Shown: positions 28,916 to 37,600 of the stretch, piece by piece
Position numbering within the stretch: the stretch's first letter is position 1
Layout of the letters: the number at the start of each line of letters is the position of its first letter
Virus record (IMG/VR): IMGVR_UViG_3300047470_000343
Location: 1 to 64,000 of that record
DNA: 64,000 nucleotides
Source: a virus
Reading direction: 5' to 3' (one strand)
Position numbers and translations under genes: made by a program
The notes under the pieces: generated by a model
What the model saw: only the letters and a program-made list of their open reading frames with translations
Told to the model about the DNA's origin: nothing
Databases searched by the model: none

Positions 28916-30124
28916 GTGGCCCAGTCGCATACCGTCACGGCGCTACCGCGCCGGGCTCTCGCCAACATGAGCGAGAAGGAACTACGAGCGGCGGAACGCA
29001 CGCTCGCGAACGGCACTTGGGCCATCACCGTCGGGGCGATCGTGCTCAGCATGATCACAGTGACGCCTCTCGTCATGATGGTCACCCCCGACAAGTACGA
29101 CTGGACCGCGCCGATTCTGCCGCTCGTCGTGGACGCCGCCGTGGTCATCGTCATCCGCCTCGACGCGATCATCAGCCGACTCGGTGACACCGGAGGCTTC
29201 TGGCCGGCACTGCTGCGCTGGATGACCGGCGCCATGACCGTGGCCCTGAACGTCGGCCTGTCCTGGCTTCACGGCGACTGGGTCGGCGTCGCCGTGCACT
29301 CGGTCGCCCCACTTCTCCTCATCGTCACGGCCGAGTCCTCGCTCGCCTACCGCCGGGCGATCACGCGCTCCCTCGACCGCATCGCCGGCGAGGCGGAGAA
29401 GGCAGCCGAGAAGAAGCGCGCCGACGCCAACGCCGCCGCAGAGAAGCAGCGCGTGGAGCGCGAGCGGGAAGACGACCGCCAGGAAGCCAAGGCCCAGGCT
29501 ATCCGCGAGCGAGCCGAGAAGCAGGAGCAGGACCGCCAGGAGGGCGAGGAGCGGCGGCTCCGCGAAGAGCGCGAGTACGAGCGGCAGATGGAGCAGGACC
29601 GGGCGGACCGCGAGGAGCGGCAGAAGCAGCAGGAGCGTGACCACCTTCTCCGGCTGGAGCAGGAGCGCACCGCCCGGGACGCCGCCGCGCGCCAGGCCGA
29701 ACAGGCGAGGGAGGAGCGCGAGCGCAAGGAGGCCGCTGCCGCTGCTGCTCGCGCGGCCGCGGAGAAGGCGGTGTCTCGCCAGCCGGTCACGGTCGCGGCC
29801 GAGTCGGTGAAGCCGCGTCGAGTGGTGATCCGGGACGTGAGCGTGGACGAGTTCCCCGGCCTGGGTGACGACGAGAAGGAAGCTGCGCTGTACGCGATCT
29901 ACCGGCAGGCCCGGGATGAGAGCGCGTACGAGGACTGGGCAGATGACCCGCGCTTCAAGCAGGGTGGCGATCTGAACGGTTCCCAGCTCGGTGTCCGGCT
30001 CGGGCGTACGCCCGCGGCGGGCCGTACCAACGTGAAGCCCAAGTTCGAGCGTTGGTACAAGGAGGAGTTGGAGAGGCGGCAGCAGGAGGCCGGCGTCGAG
30101 GAGAAGGAGCTCGTGTCGGCCTGA
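28916..30124 (+). CDS. DUF2637/SpdB-like membrane protein with coiled coil
   Basis: About 4 TM helices (ILPLVVDAAV, ALNV, HSVAPLLL), then a charged coiled coil. Confidence 0.7.
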   Translation: MAQSHTVTALPRRALANMSEKELRAAERTLANGTWAITVGAIVLSMITVTPLVMMVTPDKYDWTAPILPLVVDAAVVIVIRLDAIISRLGDTGGFWPALLRWMTGAMTVALNVGLSWLHGDWVGVAVHSVAPLLLIVTAESSLAYRRAITRSLDRIAGEAEKAAEKKRADANAAAEKQRVEREREDDRQEAKAQAIRERAEKQEQDRQEGEERRLREEREYERQMEQDRADREERQKQQERDHLLRLEQERTARDAAARQAEQAREERERKEAAAAAARAAAEKAVSRQPVTVAAESVKPRRVVIRDVSVDEFPGLGDDEKEAALYAIYRQARDESAYEDWADDPRFKQGGDLNGSQLGVRLGRTPAAGRTNVKPKFERWYKEELERRQQEAGVEEKELVSA

Positions 30125-30142
30125 CTCTCTCAGTACCAAGTC

Positions 30143-30183
30143 GCGGCGGGCGCCCGGGAGTCACCGGGCGCCCGCCGCTTTTG
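30143..30183 (+). terminator. intrinsic terminator
   Basis: GCGGCGGGCGCCCGG..CCGGGCGCCCGCCGC-TTTT. Confidence 0.75.
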
Positions 30184-30275
30184 TGTGCCCACACCCCTCC
30201 CCCTCGTGACTGTCCACATGTAAACTGTAATCCAGCGCAATGGCGGGGACGTAAGCCCAACCAGCCGCGCAACAT

Positions 30276-30299
30276 GCCCCGGCACGAGCGAGCCGGGGC
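30276..30299 (+). promoter_or_regulatory. ACGAGCGA hairpin copy 9
   Basis: GCCCCGGC-ACGAGCGA-GCCGGGGC. Confidence 0.75.
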
Positions 30300-30335
30300 G
30301 CCACGCTCCGCAGGACAACAGGAGGACGGTCGACC

Positions 30336-31895
30336 ATGACCGCAGGCACCGCCGAGAAGGCCCCCGACGAGACCGCCCCCGAGCCCGCCGAACAGTGGCC
30401 CCCCACCCGGCATCTCACCGTCGACGAGGCCATGGTGGCTGTCATGCGCGAGATCGGCGGCGTCGGCAAGAATGGGTGGAACAAGGCCCACGAGTACCAC
30501 TTTCGCGCCCAAGAGGACATCGTGGCTGCCGTCCGCGTGCCGATGGCCAAGTACGGGCTGCGGATGCTTCCCCGCGTCATTGAGCAGCAGCATTTTCTGC
30601 GCGGCCGGTCCAACGTCGCCATCCTGACGATGGAGTACGTCGTGCGCGGCCCGGGTGGCGACGTGATGGAGCCGTCCATCATCGTCGTCGGCGAGGGCGC
30701 GGACGTCTCCGACAAGGCGTCGAACAAGGCGATGACGGCGGCCAAGAAGTACGCGCTCGTCCAGGCCTTCGAGATCGCCAGCGAGAACGTTGCCGACGGA
30801 GACCGCGAAAGCCCGGAAAGCCTGGCCACGCCGCTCGACCCGTACGTCGAGGAACTCATGAAGCGGAGCGTCTGGTGCGACCGCGGTGCGCTCGGTGTTC
30901 TCCGTCAGCGCGCCATGGAGAACGGGCACGCCCACCTGGTGATGCAGGACGGATCGGGTAGGACGCTGCTCCAGACCATCGAGGCCCGCGGCGACGAACT
31001 CCTCGCGCAGCAGCGGGACGCCGAGCAGAAGCAGCGCGCAGCAGGAGAAGCGGCCTCCGGCGATCAGCCGCGGGCCGATCAGCCGGAGTACCACCGGTCG
31101 TCGCCTGACGGCGATGTCTGGGACCGGCCGCCGGCCAACTCGCCGAAGCGCCCGCAGCCCGCGCCCGCGCCGGAGCAGAACCTGCCCGACCCGCAGGAGA
31201 TCGAGGGGCGTCTCGCCGACGCCGTGAAGGACCCGGCGACCGCGGTGAAGGCGCTGAACGACATCCGCAAGCACTACACGCCCGCCGTACTCAAGATGGT
31301 CCAGGTCCCGACGCAATGGGGGCAGGTGGACGGGAACTCGGCGATCACGTTCGCGCTGAGGGAGGTCGCACAGCAGGGCGCTCGACCGGCCCCGGCCGCC
31401 CGCCCCGCGGTCGAGGCGCCCCCGCGGGCCCCGGAGCCCGAGCCGGAGCCGGAGGAGGCGCCCCAGGCCCCCGAGCGGCCGGAGGCCGTGCAGCCGGAGC
31501 CGGAGGCCGCGGCGGCGGCCGAGAAGGAGCCGGAGAAGCCGACGTGGCCGCCAGTGCGGGAGTTTGCCCCGGCGCCTGACGGCCAGAGCAAGACGGAGCG
31601 GGCCCGCTGGCTGCTCGATCGGGAAGCCGAGTTCCAGGCGCAGGTGCTCGGGATGCTCACGCTGGAGTACGTCGCGGATCTCCTCCCGGCCGGAGCGACC
31701 GGCATCGAGGACATCCCCGGCAACGTGAAGCTCCAGAACCTCATTGTCGAGAACCGTCCGCGGGTGGTCGCCGCTCTGATCGGAGCGGGGATGAAGCGGC
31801 AGGCCGAGGAGTACGCCGCCTTGGGTGAGCGAGCACCGGCGCGGAACATCGAAGCCATCATCAGGAGCGCGCTCTCGTTGCAGTCGAGTCTCTGA
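30336..31895 (+). CDS. ERF-family ssDNA annealing protein with long C-terminal extension
   Basis: VGKNGWN..YHFR..GEGADVSDKASNKAMTAAKKYAL. Confidence 0.85.
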   Translation: MTAGTAEKAPDETAPEPAEQWPPTRHLTVDEAMVAVMREIGGVGKNGWNKAHEYHFRAQEDIVAAVRVPMAKYGLRMLPRVIEQQHFLRGRSNVAILTMEYVVRGPGGDVMEPSIIVVGEGADVSDKASNKAMTAAKKYALVQAFEIASENVADGDRESPESLATPLDPYVEELMKRSVWCDRGALGVLRQRAMENGHAHLVMQDGSGRTLLQTIEARGDELLAQQRDAEQKQRAAGEAASGDQPRADQPEYHRSSPDGDVWDRPPANSPKRPQPAPAPEQNLPDPQEIEGRLADAVKDPATAVKALNDIRKHYTPAVLKMVQVPTQWGQVDGNSAITFALREVAQQGARPAPAARPAVEAPPRAPEPEPEPEEAPQAPERPEAVQPEPEAAAAAEKEPEKPTWPPVREFAPAPDGQSKTERARWLLDREAEFQAQVLGMLTLEYVADLLPAGATGIEDIPGNVKLQNLIVENRPRVVAALIGAGMKRQAEEYAALGERAPARNIEAIIRSALSLQSSL

Positions 31896-31995
31896 CGTGG
31901 CGTGACGTGTCCAGGGGTGCGGCCCTTCCGGCGGCCCCTGGACGCTTGATCCGCTCTTCGGCTTCGCGTCACGTCACGTCACGTCATTGAGAGGG

Positions 31996-32594
31996 GGGTT
32001 CGCCCGGCGCACCCCTCCGGCAGGGTTCGCCCTCTCGGGGTTCGCCTTCGAGGGGTTCGCCCCCGGGGTTCGCCCCCGGGGTTCGCCTTGCAGGGTTCGC
32101 CTTGGGGTTCGCCTTCGAGGGGTTCGCCTTCAAGGGTTCGCCCTGGGGGTTCGCCTTGCGTGCGCCCCGGGGGTTCGCCTTCCCAGGGTTCGCCTTCCGG
32201 GGTGCGCCCCTGCTCTCTCGCGCCAGGGCGAAACCGTACGCCGCCGCCGGCCGCCGGGCTGTGCCCCCGGGGAACACCCCGCGCGCTCGCCCCGCACCCG
32301 CAGGCGCACCTCATTTGACCTGCGCAGACAAGGCGAACCCTCCGGCCCGCCGCGTCAAAGGTGAACCCGAACCCGAACCCTCGAAAGGCGAACCCGTTCG
32401 CCGAACCCTCCCGGGGCGCACCCCACGCCGAAGGCGAACCCGAACCCCGCCGCGAAAGGCGAACCCGTGCGCCTTTCGCGGGCGGGGGGTTCGCCCTGCC
32501 GGAAGGCGAACCCCCCGCCGAGGGTTCGCCTTCCGGCGCCCACACGAAAGGCGCACCCCCGAGGGGATGCGCCTTTGGAGTCGCAGGGTTCGCC
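31996..32594. repeat. GGGTTCGCC / GGCGAACCC 9-mer array (about 21 exact copies)
   Basis: 13 direct copies at 31996-32194 (mostly 12-15 bp period), inverted copies at 32332-32466, mixed orientation to 32594. Confidence 0.9.
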
Positions 32595-33166
32595 TACTTC
32601 GAGCGTCTCGTCTTCCGGCGCTCGCGCGCTTCGGCCGCCGTCCGTTCCTTGTCCGCGGCCCGCTCCTCCGCGAGGAGTTCGAGGAACCGCTCGGGGTACT
32701 CGTCGGCGAGCCGGCGCCGGGCCCGGCTGCGCGGAGACGGGTCCGGCAGGAAGTAGCCGTTGCGGGCGGCCTCACCGGCGAGGACCGCGTGAAGGAACTG
32801 GTCTTCCTTCTCCGCCCGGGACCGCACGGTCCCGATCCTCTTGAGGTACGCGCCGCGGCTCTCCCCCTCGGGGATGCCCAGATACTTGTCGGGCTCTCGC
32901 ACGATGCCCGGGATCGCCCGGCGGGCTTTGCGCGCCAACTGCGGCGAGCGGATCGCGCGCGCCTGGAGCTCGTAGTCCTCGCCGCGCGAGGCGTCGGGCC
33001 TCGCCCCGGCCTGAATGAACACCGCGACGGCCTCGGCGAACTCCTCGCCGCTCATCGACCGGTACAGCTCGATCTGCTCGGCAACAGCAGCGGGATCCGG
33101 CTCTGGCCGCCGGGGGCGCTCTCGCCCCTCGCTCGCAGGACCGGAGATCTGTTGCGATGCCGCCAT
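32594..33166 (-). CDS. hypothetical basic helical protein
   Basis: GGAGG RBS; stop abuts the repeat array. Confidence 0.7.
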   Translation of the reverse strand: MAASQQISGPASEGRERPRRPEPDPAAVAEQIELYRSMSGEEFAEAVAVFIQAGARPDASRGEDYELQARAIRSPQLARKARRAIPGIVREPDKYLGIPEGESRGAYLKRIGTVRSRAEKEDQFLHAVLAGEAARNGYFLPDPSPRSRARRRLADEYPERFLELLAEERAADKERTAAEARERRKTRRSK

Positions 33167-33448
33167 ACGGGCTGGCCCTCCTGGAGTCACTCACGGCCGG
33201 CCGCGCCGACGGGGCTTGTACAGGACGAGGTGACCGCGCCTCCCGTGTGCCGGATCGTCCCGGGAGCGACCAGTCCCCGGCCCCTGGGCCCTCGCGGGCG
33301 CAGTGGGCTCGACGCTCTTTCCCGCAGCCGCTCCCGGGACCACCAGGGGGCCCGGAGCTGCGGAACGCTGTCTTCGACGGTTAGGCGGCGGCCACCTCTT
33401 CCAGCGGATGATACCCGCGCGTACAGTGACCGCCGCACGGGTGAGTCA

Positions 33449-33766
33449 CTATCCGGACGTATCCGACGCCGAGGAAGTCATGGCCTCCACGATGGGTGCG
33501 ATCATGCTCGGCTTCCACACCAGGTCGTACGTGGTCTGCGAAGCCGCGAGGACGGCCAGGACCGTACCGACGGCCGGGATGTGCTTGAACTGATCCAGGC
33601 CGCCCGTCGCCGCGAGGGTCGCGAGGCTGCCCAGCAGCGACGCGAGGACAGCCACGGTCCGCTTGGTGTTCGCGGACCACTTCGGCTTCTGGATGATGGC
33701 GGTCAGGGGCGGGAGGAGCGCGCCTACCGCGGACCCGGTGACGATGGAATCGAGAGTGCTGCTCAT
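33449..33766 (-). CDS. putative holin
   Basis: Small protein with about 3 hydrophobic segments at the end of the tail genes. Confidence 0.65.
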   Translation of the reverse strand: MSSTLDSIVTGSAVGALLPPLTAIIQKPKWSANTKRTVAVLASLLGSLATLAATGGLDQFKHIPAVGTVLAVLAASQTTYDLVWKPSMIAPIVEAMTSSASDTSG

Positions 33767-33842
33767 GAGGCCTTCCCTTGGCTGGATGGAGTGAGGCACC
33801 CCGGACCATGCCCGCAGGCCGGCGCTTGCGTCCCGGGCCGCG

Positions 33843-34244
33843 TCAGTCGTCCGCCAGGTCCCCAGCGATCTCCGCGGGCGGCTCCGGCGCCGGAGCGTCG
33901 GTCAGGTTCGCGATCATCCGGCGAAGGCGGTGGATGTGCTCGACCGCGGCCGCCTTCCAGCGACGCCACTGCCGCTGTTCCTCCTCCAGGCGCTCGACGC
34001 GGGACTCCAGCGTCGTCACCCGCTCCAGCGTCGCCGCGTTCGTCTCACGCTGCTGCTCCAGGAGCTGGGTGAACCCGTTCGTCACCGTCTGCACCGCGTT
34101 CACGTAGGTGCTGGCCTCGGCCGTGTGTGCGTCCGTGTCGGTCTTGTGCCTGTTCTGGCGGTACACCAGCCAAGCGCCGCCCAGCACGCCGAGCATGCCG
34201 AACACGGGCGTCAGGATGGGCGCCAGGGGGATAAGCCAGGCCAT
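33843..34244 (-). CDS. membrane protein with coiled coil (lysis-cassette type)
   Basis: N-terminal TM plus LERVTTLESRVERLEEE. Confidence 0.65.
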   Translation of the reverse strand: MAWLIPLAPILTPVFGMLGVLGGAWLVYRQNRHKTDTDAHTAEASTYVNAVQTVTNGFTQLLEQQRETNAATLERVTTLESRVERLEEEQRQWRRWKAAAVEHIHRLRRMIANLTDAPAPEPPAEIAGDLADD

Positions 34245-34357
34245 GGCGCCTCCTCGGTCGATGGTCGGTCAGGGTGCGCGGGGGCCGGGGCCGAAGCCCG
34301 CGGCCCCCCGCAGCCTGCACGCTGCACGACCGCGCCCGTTTACGTCCCGGGCGGCCG

Positions 34358-34573
34358 TCAGGGCGTCAGCGTCTCGGCCGGCACGATGTCCGCGACGAGG
34401 ACTCCGCACTGCCCGCAGACCGCACGCCAGATCGGCTCAGTGGCGTTGGGGTACATCGGCACGAGGTACGTGACCCCGTTCTCCTGACAGTCCTCCTTGA
34501 TGTTCTTCTCCTCGTCGGCCACGGTGCGGCAAGTGACCGCCATACGCACCGATGTGGGCTCCTCGTCGGCCAT
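34358..34573 (-). CDS. small phage protein with Cys motifs
   Basis: TCRT..C.ENG..VCGQCG; follows the tail fibre. Confidence 0.6.
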   Translation of the reverse strand: MADEEPTSVRMAVTCRTVADEEKNIKEDCQENGVTYLVPMYPNATEPIWRAVCGQCGVLVADIVPAETLTP

Positions 34574-34666
34574 TGGCCCTCCGTCTCTCGTCTCCGGGCC
34601 GCCGGGGAGAAGTCCCCGGGGCGGCTGGAGAGTGGAGGGACGGAGGGCCTAGCGTCCCGGGGCCGG

Positions 34667-37600
34667 TCAGCTCGCCATACCGATGTAGTCGATGCTGGTC
34701 GCTGTGGTGTTCGTGCGGGTCAGCCAGATCGTCACCGAGGACGTGCTGACGTCCGAGCAGCCGACTCCGAGAACTGAGGTACCTGGCACCTGCGTTGACG
34801 CGGTGGCCACGAACCGCGGGCTGCTGCCGTTGATGTTCAGGCCAGTGACCGTCAACGAGGTCGGGACGTTGGCCGCAGACGGCGTGATGCTCACCCGGCC
34901 GGTCACGATGCTGCTCGCGTGGAAGGTGCCGACGACGTAGGTGTCGGGAGCGGTGATGGTGGCCTGGATCTTGGTCATCGAAATGCGGGGCGTGTCCGGG
35001 ACGATTGCCCCGAAGGGGGTCACTATGCGTGCCCGTTCGGTGACCCATGTGTCCTTGCCCATGTACGTGCGCCACCGGTACGTGTTGCTATCCGCCGTGT
35101 CGACGAAATCGCCGCTGTATGTGTAGAGGCTTGCGGCGTCACCGCTGCCGTTCACCTGCAAGTACGCCTCGTTCGTCCCGTCGTCGGACGTGAGGTAGAT
35201 ACGGGGCGACGGAGTCGATGCGAACAGCGGGAGGTAGTCCGGCTGAATGACGATCTTCTGCGTGGCTGTTGCGCCGCCGTACGCGGAGAACTTTGAGGCG
35301 TCGAGGACGATGCGAGACCCGGTGGCAGCGGTCTGCACGATGGCGCCGGTGATCGTCTTGCCGTTGATCGCGGCCGCGTCCAGCTTGTTCGCCGTGATCG
35401 CGCCGTCCGCGATCAGGACATCGGACATGACGGGCTGGATCGAGGCGTTGTCGAAGGAGACCGTTCCAGCGGTCGCATCGTAGGACGCGAGGCGGAACTC
35501 CGCGGTGACCGTGCCCACCGGCGCGGTGACCGTGCCCGCGAGGTTCGTCCACGAGCCCTTCGTGGGGGTCGTGTTCGTGACGAACCCGAACGTCACACCG
35601 CCCGCCGAGTCGATCCACCGGGCGTAGAAGCGGACCGACGTCCCGTTCCAGTCCGTCGACGGGTTCACATCGGTCGCGATCCTGAACGCCTGCCCCGGCA
35701 GGACAGGGAACGTCGCCACGGTCAGAGTGCGGATGACCGCGGTCGCGTTGACCGCGTTGACCTGGGCGCTCTTCAAGGAACCGTTGCCGGTGTTGGCGAT
35801 CGACCAGAACGACTGTCCGGCGACCAGAGCCGCGCCGCCCGCGCCCTCGAAACTGGGGTCCGGCAGCATGTTCGAGCCGCCGGTGATCGCGAGCCGGTCC
35901 GCGGTGATCGCCCCGGCCTTGATGTGCGTGGCGTCGATGGAGCCCGCCGAGATGGCCGTAGCCGTCACAGCTCCAGCCGAGATGGCCGTCGCTGTCACCG
36001 AGTTCGCCGCGAGCTGCGCGGCCGTCACCGACAGCGCGCCGAGCTGCGCCGTCGTGATCGAGCTGCCGACGATCCGGTCCGCGTTCAGGGTGCCGGCCGT
36101 GATGCGGTCGCCCTGGATCGAGCCCGCGACCATCTTCGGCGTCGTGATGGCGCCGTCCTGGATGTTCACGGTCTGCACGGCCCCGGTCTCGACGACCTCG
36201 ATCGTGAACATCCCGATCTCGGCGGTGCCGTCGCCGCCGGTGTAGTTCGCATAGAACAGGGGCGAGATGTAGCGGGCGTTCGCGTGGAGCACGCTCGGCG
36301 CCGTCGGCGTGGGAGAGGCGACCTGGGTGCCGTTCACACCGGCGCCCGCGTAGCCCTTGAGGTAGCCGGTGAAGCGCTGCCAGCCGCCACCGGCCGTCAG
36401 GTTCTGCGCGGCCACGGCCACGTAGTGCTGGGAGGCGACGCTCGCAGCCCCGCTGACGTTGACGAGCGTCGTACCGTCGGCGGCGACGCCCACAACGCCC
36501 GCATAGCAACGCTGGTTGGCGGTGTTACTGGACGCCACGGTCTGCCGGATGGTGAAGCTGATCCGGTACAGGACGTTCGGGTCGAAGGGGATCAGGATGT
36601 CGGGGCGCCAGCCGCCGCTGAAGCCCGCGACCGCGCGCATCACGTAGCCGCCGGACTGCGCGTCGGACACCTGGACCGACGTCAGGTTCCCTGGGGCCGT
36701 CGCGGTGGTGGTGCTGGTGCCGTTGACCTTCCACCGGGCAGCGTCCGCACCGGCGTCGTACATCTTCTGCACGATCGACGCGGCCGTGGTGACGCTGAGT
36801 TGGCTCGTCGTGATGGACCCGGCCACGATGCGGTCCGCGGCCACACTGCCGGCCGCCAGACGGTCTCCTTGGATGGTGCCCGCCGTCATGGCGGCCGTCG
36901 TGACCGCTCCGGCCGAGATCGACCCTGCCGTGACCGAGTTCGCCGCCATGGCCGTTGCCGTGACCGCGTTCGCGGAGATCTCTGTTGCGGTGACGGAGTT
37001 CGCGGCGAGCTCGCGCGCCGTGATGGCGTCTGCCGCGATCTTTCCCGCCGCCACGGCGTCTGTCGCCAGGGCTGCGGTCTGGATGGATCCTGCGGCGATC
37101 GAGGCCGCCGTGACTGAGTTCGCCGCGAGCTGCCCGGCTGTGATGGTGTTCGCTGCTATGTGCGAAGCCGTGATGACACCGGCCGCTATCTCGGCTGCGG
37201 TGACGGAGTTCGCCGCGAGTTCCCGCGCCGTGATGGCGTCGGCGGCCACCTTCCCGGCCGTCACGGCGTCTGTCGCCAGGGCCGCCGTGGTCACCGACCC
37301 GGCGAACAGTGCGGTTGCCGTGACTGCGCCCGCGGAGATCTCGGTCGCGGTGACCGAGTTCGCCGCAAGTTCCCGCGCCGTGATGGCGTCCGCGGCCACT
37401 TTCCCGGCCGCCACGGCGTCCGCCGCCAGGGCCGCCGTCTGCACGCTCCCGGCGGCAAGCTGAGTTGCCGTGACGGAGTTCGCCGCCAGTTGCCCGGCCG
37501 TGATGGTGCCAGCCGCAATGGCTGCCGCAGTGACCGACCCTGCGGACAGCTCTGCTGCCGTGACGGAGTTCGCCGCCAGTTCCCGCGCCGTGATGGCGTC

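Noticed and set aside
31979-32594. CRISPR array, or ORFs with GEP/KANP repeats
   Set aside because: Repeats are 9 bp with spacers of a few bases, change orientation and have no cas genes nearby; the ORFs are translations of the repeat
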